The translations under genes were made by a program, and so were the position numbers. 11,959 nt of DNA from Thermoplasmatota archaeon. GTDB lineage: Archaea > Thermoplasmatota > E2 > JACPAO01 > JAHFTW01. The first letter of the stretch is position 1; the number at the start of each line of letters is the position of its first letter. Below, one piece after another: positions 1-7,237 of this stretch. The stretch spans positions 1 to 11,959 of the forward strand of contig JBFIHX010000023.1 in the NCBI GenBank assembly GCA_041601615.1. The letters are read 5' to 3'. The notes under the pieces are model-generated. The model had not been told where the DNA came from, did not search any database, and saw nothing but the letters and a program-made list of their open reading frames with translations.

Positions 1-31
1 CGGTGCCTGCTTCGCTCGTCCCGAGTCGCCG

Positions 32-37
32 TTTATC
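32..37 (+). promoter_or_regulatory. Possible archaeal TATA-like element (TTTATC)
   Basis: Isolated AT-rich hexamer in GC-rich context, about 35 nt upstream of ATG 71. GGTGGTG (61-67) is a possible RBS. Confidence 0.3.
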
Positions 38-70
38 CGAATGCGTGCCCTACCCTGGTCGGTGGTGCCC

Positions 71-505
71 ATGACCAAGACCTCCCTCGTTGCTGCCCTG
101 CTCGCCTTCGCCGTCCTGCTCGTGCCCACGGCCAGCGCAGCTCCCATCCCCGACGCGCCGGACACGCTTGCGCAGACCGCAGGCGATGGCCTCGTCCACG
201 TCTCCTACGCTCTCGACCCTGACGTGGTCCCCGGCGACGTGCTCCCTCTGTGCGGTGACGCGCCGGAAGTTCCCCAGAACCGGAGCCTCCTCGGCACCGT
301 CGCCGACGACTGCTTCCAACCCTACCGCCAGACCCTCGCCCCCGGCGGCCCAATCCACATCTGCGACCCCATCATCATCAACCTCTTCCCCGTGGGCGTC
401 GCCCCCGACGAAGAGTGCATCGAGAATCTGGGTGAGTGGGTTCAGCGCATCATCTCCGGCGAAGGGTGGCCCGTCCACGTTGGTATCTACATCCAGAAGA
501 AGTGA
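71..505 (+). CDS. Small secreted hypothetical protein (144 aa, 4 Cys)
   Basis: ATG 71 gives MTKTSLVAALLAFAVLLVPTASA, a Sec signal peptide with an ASA cleavage site. Codons are strongly C-ending. Stop is 5 nt before the next ATG. Confidence 0.85.
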   Translation: MTKTSLVAALLAFAVLLVPTASAAPIPDAPDTLAQTAGDGLVHVSYALDPDVVPGDVLPLCGDAPEVPQNRSLLGTVADDCFQPYRQTLAPGGPIHICDPIIINLFPVGVAPDEECIENLGEWVQRIISGEGWPVHVGIYIQKK

Positions 506-510
506 CCACC

Positions 511-2040
511 ATGAACCGACCCAAAACCCTTGCCTCGTTCGTCATCGCCGTGCTGCTTGCGGCCCCTGCGCTGGCGGTCGCGCAAGACCAGGGCGAGGTC
601 CGGGTCGAGTCCCTTGAAGCCGCCTCGGGCAGCACGTCTGGTGCCCTCGTCGGCCTCCTCATCGACCAAGACAACCCAGGCTTTCCTGTAGCGGCGCATG
701 GGTTCCGCCTCGATGGACTTGACGTAGCCGTGACGGCCAACCACGTCGAAGCCAAGGTGCGGACAACGAGTACCCCAGCCGAACGGCGCTCCATTCAACC
801 TAGCGGCCCCGCGACCATCGAGGGTGTGGAGTCTCGACCCGAACTGCACTTCTGGATCACGCCCCTTGACGACGGGGCGAGTATCGAAGTCCAGCACCGC
901 GCCTGCACCACACTCCAACCGCCCGTGAACCGGGACGAGACGCGGCGGCCCGCCCTGAACGGCGTGTCCAACCCCTTGAAAGTGGACACCACTGGCACCG
1001 CCCAGGTAGCCTCCTGCACCGAAGCGTTGGCCGTCGTCACGGGCGACTTCTCTATAACGGCCTGGGAGTGGGACATGAGCGTCAACGGGAAAAGGGAGCG
1101 CAGCGGCGTCAACGACACGACGGGCAGCTACGGCTTGCCCGAATCGGGCGTCGGCAGCGCCGACGAACTCAATATCCAGGCCCGCGACGCCACCCTCACC
1201 ATCCCCCTCACCACCCAGACCTACGAACTCTACATCGCGCAGCCCCGCATCGAAGCCCGCGAGCTGCGCCTGACGGACGCCGAAGGCACCCTTCCCGGTG
1301 TCCTGGAACGCCTGGACGGCGTGGACGTGGACCTCGTTGGCGACTACACCGTCACCCTCGACGCCACCACGTCGCCCTTCACGGCCACCGTCATGGGATC
1401 GACGAGCGACGCAAGCAGCCAAGGCGTCACCCTGGCGGTCGTCCAAGCGCCAGCCGGTCCCGCCATGTCCACGTCCTGGGTGCCGTGGATTGTCCTTGCT
1501 GGTTTCGTGATTGTTGGTTCAGGTTGGAACCGTTACCGGGCTCCGCTCCGGGCGCTTCGCAATCATCCAGACGCGCCATTGGATCGGTGGCCGGAGACGC
1601 GCCGCGAGAAGCGCAGCGCGGGCCTGTGTGTGCTTGCGGAGGCTGACATTGCCCACGGTCAGCCCATGCGGGCCGGGCGTCGTGCTGCGCGGGCGGAGCG
1701 GTTGGACCCGGAGAATGCTCGTGCGCCGTTTGTCATGGGCTTGGCATTGCACCTGCGAGAACGGGTTCTGGAGGCTCAAGAGGCGTACCATCGCAGCCAG
1801 GAGGGCGCCCACACGCCCAAGCTCCGGTGCTATGCCTTCGTGGCCGAAGCGGAATTGTTGGCCGGAGCGGGTGACGAAGCCGGGGCCAAGCGATTGTTGC
1901 GCCAAGCGCGGGCCGTGGATGCCGCCAGGGCGGCTGAGTTGGCTAGGGCGACGTTCTGGAATCGCTTCGACTTCGACGGCTTTGTGGCGACTGTGCGCGG
2001 AGGGCTCCCCGTGGGCGGCGACACCGATTACCACTTGTGA
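511..2040 (+). CDS. Single-pass membrane protein: signal peptide, beta-rich ectodomain, TM helix, cytoplasmic TPR-like helical repeats (509 aa)
   Basis: Start reassigned to ATG 511 (MNRPKTLASFVIAVLLAAPALAVAQ). Thr/Val/Asp-rich ectodomain. TM WVPWIVLAGFVIVGSGW followed by basic residues. TPR-like segments AERLDPENARAPFVMGLALH...EAQEAY and AELLAGAGDEAGAKRLLRQARAVD. Confidence 0.85.
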   Translation: MNRPKTLASFVIAVLLAAPALAVAQDQGEVRVESLEAASGSTSGALVGLLIDQDNPGFPVAAHGFRLDGLDVAVTANHVEAKVRTTSTPAERRSIQPSGPATIEGVESRPELHFWITPLDDGASIEVQHRACTTLQPPVNRDETRRPALNGVSNPLKVDTTGTAQVASCTEALAVVTGDFSITAWEWDMSVNGKRERSGVNDTTGSYGLPESGVGSADELNIQARDATLTIPLTTQTYELYIAQPRIEARELRLTDAEGTLPGVLERLDGVDVDLVGDYTVTLDATTSPFTATVMGSTSDASSQGVTLAVVQAPAGPAMSTSWVPWIVLAGFVIVGSGWNRYRAPLRALRNHPDAPLDRWPETRREKRSAGLCVLAEADIAHGQPMRAGRRAARAERLDPENARAPFVMGLALHLRERVLEAQEAYHRSQEGAHTPKLRCYAFVAEAELLAGAGDEAGAKRLLRQARAVDAARAAELARATFWNRFDFDGFVATVRGGLPVGGDTDYHL

Positions 2041-2043
2041 TGG

Positions 2044-2307
2044 CTACCGGCGATCCCGTCTTGCAGCCTCATGGATGCCCGAGGGCCGCTCTTCGTGGAG
2101 TGCCCGTTCGGCGGCGTCCCGTGCAGCGACCGTCGCCCATCCCCGGGCGACCTTCTCACTGACCGCCTCCAAGAGCAACGCCCGCTTGTTGCTCCACAAC
2201 GGCAGCACTTCCATCAAGCGCTCAACCTCGCGTTCTTGCTCCAAGGGCAACTCGAACGAGTAGCCGCGTGATTTCGAGTCCGAGTCACGAGCCTGTAGAG
2301 GGGCCAT
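2044..2307 (-). CDS. Putative ribbon-helix-helix (CopG/MetJ/Arc-like) DNA-binding protein (87 aa)
   Basis: GYSFELP (alternating beta strand), then LEQEREVERLME (helix A), then SNKRALLLEAVSEKV (helix B), matching the RHH pattern. Its stop sits 3 nt from the convergent gene's stop. Confidence 0.6.
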   Translation of the reverse strand: MAPLQARDSDSKSRGYSFELPLEQEREVERLMEVLPLWSNKRALLLEAVSEKVARGWATVAARDAAERALHEERPSGIHEAARRDRR

Positions 2308-2407
2308 CCGACTTTGCCGAATGTGCAGCCCGCAATAAGGGAGACGACCTCCTCAAAAGCCTCCTATTTTCCATTCATCCCGAACAACGCTTAAGTCAAA
2401 AACCTTG

Positions 2408-2441
2408 TTTCCCGTATCTAGTCCGTATCATTACGGGTAAA
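2408..2441. promoter_or_regulatory. Imperfect inverted repeat in a divergent AT-richer intergenic region, candidate operator
   Basis: TTTCCCGTA (2408-2416) pairs imperfectly with TACGGGTAAA (2432-2441). CCGTATC is directly repeated at 2412 and 2423. Confidence 0.35.
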
Positions 2442-2892
2442 CCAGTGGAAGGAACACCAGTCGAGGGGGCACGCCTCGATCCACCGACCAAACGCCCGCC
2501 GTCGTCGTGTCTTGGCGGCGGGCATCCCTGTCCATCCGACCCACCTTCTGCCTCGTGGCTCTCACCATGCGAGGCAAGCACAATGCCGTTGCATGGTGGC
2601 ATGGACGCCCTTTTGGGCTCGTGCAACGGCGCCCCCTTTTCCCTCTCTGGTCCAGGCAAGGTATCTCCTGCGGGTAATCTGCAACCATGAACCACGTCTT
2701 CGTTCACAACGGCCTGGACCTTCCCCTTCCACTTACAAGGAGTCGATCAATTTGCAAGGTAGTTCTCGCTCCAAGGCACCTGGCCCGTCGCGTGTTCGGC
2801 GGAGGCTTCATTCGAGCACAACGCGGCAGGCGCCTCGGCGCCGGGTCGGTTGGGAGTATCCGTTGGCGCCCAGGGTGGGTTCGTGGAGTGAC

Positions 2893-3030
2893 TTGATTCC
2901 TGATGCCTTCGACGAGGCAACCGCCTTGCTGTACGTGTTGCTGGATGAGGGTGTAGTCGAAGCTTGGCAAGACGATCGCGGCGCGATCCGGTTCTATGAC
3001 GGCAAGACCGGCAAGGCGTGGACAACGTGA
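2893..3030 (+). CDS. Small hypothetical protein (45 aa) with D-x-G-x4-W motif
   Basis: TTG 2893 follows GGAG (2885-2888). Reads MIPDAFDEATALLYVLLDEGVVEAWQDDRGAIRFYDGKTGKAWTT, the protein-like 3' end of track ORF 2512..3030. GTGA overlap with the next gene. Confidence 0.55.
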   Translation: MIPDAFDEATALLYVLLDEGVVEAWQDDRGAIRFYDGKTGKAWTT

Positions 3031-3455
3031 CAGGTGCTCCCGCTCCTGTTGTTTCCGGTGTCCATCCGGGTCCCCGGCTCGTGCAGATATCCAATCCTGT
3101 GGAAGGATGGGAGAGGTGGTTTCGGGTACGCTGCGGTGACTTGGATGCGAATCTGGCGCGTCGCGTGCTTGCCGTATTGCTTCGCGTTGACGCGGGCTTT
3201 CAGGACCTATGGACTGACGGACGACGCTGGCTGTTGCGCCAAGGCTTTGGACCCGTCCAATACGCCATCCTCACCACCCACGCGCTTCTCATAATCGCGC
3301 CCGACGACGTGGCTGCAATGTTCGCCCTTGTCGTACAACCTAGCCGCGCCCGATCCCTACGCCATCCTCTAATCGCTAGGTCTCAACGAGAAGCACGACG
3401 CCCTAGCCCCTGCATCGAGGACTTGCCTCCCATCAAGACAGGGGATTGTGCATGA
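3027..3455 (+). CDS. Hypothetical protein (about 142 aa) with D-x-G-x4-W motif
   Basis: GTG 3027 overlaps the upstream stop (GTG 3018 is an alternative start). Globular-looking core LARRVLAVLLRVDAGFQDLWTDG. Confidence 0.55.
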   Translation: MTGAPAPVVSGVHPGPRLVQISNPVEGWERWFRVRCGDLDANLARRVLAVLLRVDAGFQDLWTDGRRWLLRQGFGPVQYAILTTHALLIIAPDDVAAMFALVVQPSRARSLRHPLIARSQREARRPSPCIEDLPPIKTGDCA

Positions 3456-3673
3456 TACCGGACCCATGCCGGCACGGCCCTGGTGCAGACCCACTGAACC
3501 CCAAACTCGCAGACGCCACCACGTCACACAGCTCCGAGCCACCTAGGATACAACGGGCAGATCAGGGCCACGCGCAGGCACAGTTTGGGATACTGTCTGC
3601 CTCGATTCATCAATCACCAATCGGCACCCGAGGCGGGCTCCACCGACTGTCTAATGCCCTGGAGATTCAGTGA
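3452..3673 (+). CDS. Doubtful hypothetical protein (73 aa)
   Basis: Fills the gap exactly (ATGA overlap at the 5' end, TGATG at the 3' end), but the sequence looks disordered and has no motif. Confidence 0.25.
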   Translation: MIPDPCRHGPGADPLNPKLADATTSHSSEPPRIQRADQGHAQAQFGILSASIHQSPIGTRGGLHRLSNALEIQ

Positions 3674-3966
3674 TGGCAGGCGACAACCCGCACCCAAAAC
3701 GAGGCCAACCCCATTCAACCGGACGCCGGCCCAGTGCATTTGATGAACTCTTGAAGCCCCGAGCAAACGCCACATGGCAAAGCCTCGCATGGCCCAACAT
3801 ATCCTCTGACTACGCCCACCTTCTTTGTGATCTTGACAAAGGCACTTGGGGGCTCTGGCAGCGAACGGACATGACCCTTTATGCCTGTGGGCCGGGAGGG
3901 ATCATCGTTGAAATTGACGCCGCGCACTGGCCTTCGGACGTATTGGAGATTGATTATGACGCCTAA
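3673..3966 (+). CDS. Hypothetical protein (97 aa) with D-x-G-x4-W motif
   Basis: GGAG at 3661-3664 precedes ATG 3673. Core YAHLLCDLDKGTWGLWQRTDMTLYACGPGGIIVEID. Overlaps the next gene. Confidence 0.6.
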   Translation: MAGDNPHPKRGQPHSTGRRPSAFDELLKPRANATWQSLAWPNISSDYAHLLCDLDKGTWGLWQRTDMTLYACGPGGIIVEIDAAHWPSDVLEIDYDA

Positions 3967-4504
3967 TGCCGGTGTTTGCTCCAAAAATCATGTGGTGGTC
4001 GACCCTTTGCCTGAGCCTAGTATGTCGATTGTGTTGCAACCACTCTCGGTTCTCGTTAAACGACGTGGAGTGTCTGGGTCGGATCGAATCTTTGCTGTCC
4101 TCGATGGCATTGGGGTTTCAGCGATTGCAGACCTTGCCCAAATTCTAGGCATTCACCGAAAAACCGTCGCCTACCACGTCCAAAGCCTTGAACGAGAGGG
4201 TGCGTTGATCCGCACCAAATGGGGGCGTGAAATCCTCGTCCATCGACCCTCCGTGCCAAAGGAGCTTGCTGTGCTGCAACGGATGATGCAAATCCCACCC
4301 CGTCGCCGAATGCTTCTTTGTCTCGTCAAGCAACCAACCCAACAGAAGGACTTGGCCCGGATCACCGGCACCCTACCTTCCATAGTAATGCGATGGTTGA
4401 ATGAATTTCATCGATTCAACTTTGTCCAAATCAATCCCGATAATCAATCGCACTTTGAAGCTACCGACAAACTCCATCGGTTGCTATCCCGCCTGAGCCG
4501 CTGA
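3956..4504 (+). CDS. Tandem (double) winged helix-turn-helix transcriptional regulator, ArsR/MarR-like (about 182 aa)
   Basis: HTH1 IADLAQILGIHRKTVAYHVQSLEREGALIRTKWG and HTH2 RRRMLLCLVKQPTQQKDLARITGTLPSIVMRWLNEFHRFNFV. GGAG at 3945-3948 precedes ATG 3956; ATG 4022 is an alternative start. Confidence 0.85.
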   Translation: MTPNAGVCSKNHVVVDPLPEPSMSIVLQPLSVLVKRRGVSGSDRIFAVLDGIGVSAIADLAQILGIHRKTVAYHVQSLEREGALIRTKWGREILVHRPSVPKELAVLQRMMQIPPRRRMLLCLVKQPTQQKDLARITGTLPSIVMRWLNEFHRFNFVQINPDNQSHFEATDKLHRLLSRLSR

Positions 4505-4630
4505 CCCCAACTAGCGATGGTTCAGGGACAATCAATCGGCCCAACGCCATCAAATTTTGCAAATAGGGAGTATGGAAGCTATGTACCACCCACCAATGCT
4601 AGGTCGCCCGCACACGGGCAGGAACACACA

Positions 4631-5404
4631 ATGAATTCCAAAACCACGTATCTGACCACAGCCTTCCTGGTTCTTACACTGGCACTTGCGCCAGTCGTAT
4701 CTGCAACGGGAGGCGAATCACTGTCCCTGGCTCCTGTCGTACCTATTCATGGCTCGACATCCAACGGACCGTGCAACGCCCCTGATGACAATCTGGCATC
4801 AGATTCTGAATCATGCCTTGATGTCGAGTCCATTTGCCCCGCATCTGATTATATAGCAACTTCCTCTTGGTGTGAAGATGGGGTAGAACCCCCTATTGGC
4901 ACTCCTTCCACTTTTTGGGTAACGGTTGGAAAATGGGCAGCAAAACAAATTTTTGGAGAAATAGTTGAAGAATATACTGGCGAAGCTATAGGATATGCCG
5001 GTGGGGGACAAATTGAATGTCCTCCAGGCCAGTATGAATCCTGGGGAAATTGTCGTGCCGGTGACGGTGGCGATGGTGGCGACGGCGGAGAAGGCAGTGA
5101 TGGTGGCGATGGCGGTGACGGTGGAACCGGTTGCGGCAACGGCACCCACATCACTGTCGGTGGATGCACTGGCGGTGCCGGTGGCTCCGGTGGCTCCGGT
5201 GGCTCTGGTGGAGATGGCGGAGACGGTGGCGAAGGTGGAACCGAATGCCCTGACTTTGGCCCCAACACGCCCCAAAACTGGAATGAGTGCGTACCAGGTA
5301 ATGGTGGCAGCGGTGGCCAAGGCGGCGGAGGCGGCGATTCCGGCGACGATGGCGAGGAAGGAGAAGGCGGCGGAACCCGCATCCTGCCGGAGGGTTGGCC
5401 ATGA
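4631..5404 (+). CDS. Secreted Gly/Cys-rich protein A (257 aa, 10 Cys, three GGX tracts)
   Basis: Signal peptide MNSKTTYLTTAFLVLTLALAPVVSA from ATG 4631. (GGD/GGS)n tracts and the motif GCGNGTHITVGGCTGG. ATGA overlap with the next gene. Confidence 0.9.
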   Translation: MNSKTTYLTTAFLVLTLALAPVVSATGGESLSLAPVVPIHGSTSNGPCNAPDDNLASDSESCLDVESICPASDYIATSSWCEDGVEPPIGTPSTFWVTVGKWAAKQIFGEIVEEYTGEAIGYAGGGQIECPPGQYESWGNCRAGDGGDGGDGGEGSDGGDGGDGGTGCGNGTHITVGGCTGGAGGSGGSGGSGGDGGDGGEGGTECPDFGPNTPQNWNECVPGNGGSGGQGGGGGDSGDDGEEGEGGGTRILPEGWP

Positions 5405-6745
5405 AGCACACGCTGATTGCCTTGCTTTTTGCAATCTCACTCATGCCCATGGTCGCAGCCGACCATGAATCGCCTGCCTGCAATGGCATCATCATCATCG
5501 ACCTCGACCCCAGCGGCGAGAGCTGCCAAGGTAGCGACGATCCCAACGGACACGGCGGCGATGGATGCAATGCAACCATCACCATCACGCTTTCCGGATG
5601 CACTGGAGGCAACGGACAAGATCCTGGCACGGGTTGCGTCGGAGCCTACAAATTCATCGTGTATGGTTGCACGGGCGGCAACGGCTGCAACTCAGAAGGC
5701 AACTGTACGGCAGGCGGCAACGACCCCAACCCCATCCAAACCGTATGGGCCCTCGCTCCCGTTCAAACGGGATATCGCATCGTCATGGACTTTGATCCGT
5801 GCCACCCAATCAAGTATCTGGAGATCTGCTAATGAACCCCAAACTGAATCCCCGAACCCTACTCGTCGTGGCTCTCGCCGCGTTCCTGGCTGCCCCGCTC
5901 GTTGCTGCTGACGAAGGCGATGGCGGAGAAGGCTGTGAAGAAGGCATCAACATTACCGTGGATGGCTGCAACGGCGGCAACGGTGCCCCTGGCCTCGAAG
6001 GTTGCGAAGGTGAAGACGGCTCAGATGGCGACTACGAATCCTACTACATGGGCTATGCAGGCGGCGACGGCTGTGACGGTGAAGACGGCGGCGACGGCGG
6101 AAGCGGTTGCACCAATGGCGTCTTCATCACCGTCTTTGGATGCACAGGCGGTGACGGCGGAGCCGGAGGCAACGGTGGCAACGGCGGCGATGGCGGTAAC
6201 GGCACCGGCGCCGAAGATGTTTGCCACACCACCTTTGACGGTCAAGAATACGACGACTGCATGAACTACGCCGGCGGTGACGGCGGCGACGGTGGAAACG
6301 GCGGAAGCGGTGGCCAAGGTGGCGAAGGCGGCACGGGCTGCGAAGACACCACCACCGTATCGGTCGCAGGCTGCACTGGCGGCGACGGCGGCGATTCGGG
6401 CGACTGTGGCAACGGTGGCGACGGAGGCGACGGCGGCGATGGTGACGGTGGCGGCGACGGCGGCGATGGTGGCGCTGGCGGCGACGGCGGCGGAACCCCT
6501 GGCGACACCGTAAGCAATGGCAAGCGTGATCTTGAATGCACGAAAGGCGGACAAGGTGGCACCGGATGCGAAGGCGGCACCACGATTGGCGTCTTTGCCT
6601 GCAATGGTGGTTGCGGCGGAGCCGGCGGCGACGGCGGCGACGGAGGAGCTGGCGGCGACGGCGGTGTCGCGGACGCAGGCAATGGTGCCTCTGGAAAAAC
6701 CGGAGCCACTGGCCGAGTCGGTGTCCAGGGCAACGACCAAGGAGG
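5057..6745 (+). repeat. Coding low-complexity 9-nt periodic (GGN GGN NNN) tracts in genes A and C
   Basis: Repeated ggcggcgac/ggtggcgat units with synonymous variation, so the repeat is conserved at protein level rather than being a DNA satellite. Confidence 0.8.
5401..5832 (+). CDS. Secreted Cys-rich protein B (143 aa, 10 Cys)
   Basis: Signal peptide MKHTLIALLFAISLMPMVAA. Two GC-x10-CTGG motifs. ATGA and TAATG overlaps at its ends. Confidence 0.9.
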   Translation: MKHTLIALLFAISLMPMVAADHESPACNGIIIIDLDPSGESCQGSDDPNGHGGDGCNATITITLSGCTGGNGQDPGTGCVGAYKFIVYGCTGGNGCNSEGNCTAGGNDPNPIQTVWALAPVQTGYRIVMDFDPCHPIKYLEIC

Positions 6746-6761
6746 TGCAACATGCAATTGA
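5832..6761 (+). CDS. Secreted Gly/Cys-rich protein C (309 aa, 16 Cys, about 8 Gly-triplet tracts)
   Basis: Signal peptide MNPKLNPRTLLVVALAAFLAAPLVAA from ATG 5832 (TAATG overlap, GGAG upstream). Four GC-x10-C[TN]GG motifs separated by GGX/GXX tracts. Strongly acidic. Confidence 0.9.
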   Translation: MNPKLNPRTLLVVALAAFLAAPLVAADEGDGGEGCEEGINITVDGCNGGNGAPGLEGCEGEDGSDGDYESYYMGYAGGDGCDGEDGGDGGSGCTNGVFITVFGCTGGDGGAGGNGGNGGDGGNGTGAEDVCHTTFDGQEYDDCMNYAGGDGGDGGNGGSGGQGGEGGTGCEDTTTVSVAGCTGGDGGDSGDCGNGGDGGDGGDGDGGGDGGDGGAGGDGGGTPGDTVSNGKRDLECTKGGQGGTGCEGGTTIGVFACNGGCGGAGGDGGDGGAGGDGGVADAGNGASGKTGATGRVGVQGNDQGGATCN

Positions 6762-7141
6762 AGCTCGCACTCCTGCTTGCCTTCGCTCTCCCGCTCGCCT
6801 TTATGCAAGGCGTCTCGGCAGAAGATCCCGAACTTCCCATAGTTGGCGCCGTCGTCATCGAAGGTGACGGCGCGTGGCTTGGCGAGTTCTGCATGCAAAC
6901 CACTGGCGGCGTGTACCTCTGGGATCGCCCCGTTTGTGGAATGCGAAGTGAATGCCAAAACGGCGGCCTTCAGATATATATCCTAACGGAAAACCAATGT
7001 GATGAAGAAGAATGCGAGGGAAATATCTTTATTTTCCTCCTCAGCGAAGGTAATTGCCATGAATGTGACTACGAAACCATCATAGTGAATGGTGGCGTCG
7101 AAAACTGTGATCCAAATAGGGTCCTTAGGTCACTAATCTAG
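6752..7141 (+). CDS. Secreted Cys-rich protein D (129 aa, 8 Cys in four C-x13/14-C units)
   Basis: Strong RBS GGAGGTG at 6741-6747 precedes ATG 6752. Signal peptide MQLKLALLLAFALPLAFMQGVSA. The upstream part of track ORF 6536..7141 is a shadow of protein C. Confidence 0.88.
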   Translation: MQLKLALLLAFALPLAFMQGVSAEDPELPIVGAVVIEGDGAWLGEFCMQTTGGVYLWDRPVCGMRSECQNGGLQIYILTENQCDEEECEGNIFIFLLSEGNCHECDYETIIVNGGVENCDPNRVLRSLI

Positions 7142-7237
7142 TATCATCCCGCATGAACACTTTTCCACCTTAATCACCTCGCTGCTGTGCAGCAATATCC
7201 CCACAAGTGCTAAAATCTACAACTGGAGTCCTAAACT

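Noticed and set aside
33-2263. Alternative-frame ORFs over the first two genes (e.g. 487..1446 -, 1511..2263 +)
   Set aside because: High-GC shadow ORFs with Arg/Gly-biased composition.
2071-2896. Apparent chain of overlapping + strand ORFs (2071-2271, 2268-2690, 2687-2896)
   Set aside because: The translations look non-globular and partly overlap the RHH-like gene. NTGA overlaps arise easily by chance.
5057-6745. PE_PGRS, collagen or RTX assignment for the Gly-rich proteins
   Set aside because: There is no PE domain, the GXY runs are only about 5-6 triplets, and no regular GGxGxDxL nonapeptides occur. Any similarity would be compositional.
4811-6958. Long Pro/Ser-rich (PPSPPS), Ala/Thr-rich and Arg-rich ORFs on the - strand and in alternative frames
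   Set aside because: They are shadows of the GGX-coding repeats. The + strand frames have signal peptides, RBSs and coupled junctions.
4631-7141. RiPP precursor cluster (Cys-rich repeated cores)
   Set aside because: The proteins have Sec signal peptides and even Cys counts, and no radical SAM, YcaO, LanM, peptidase or transporter gene is present in the window.
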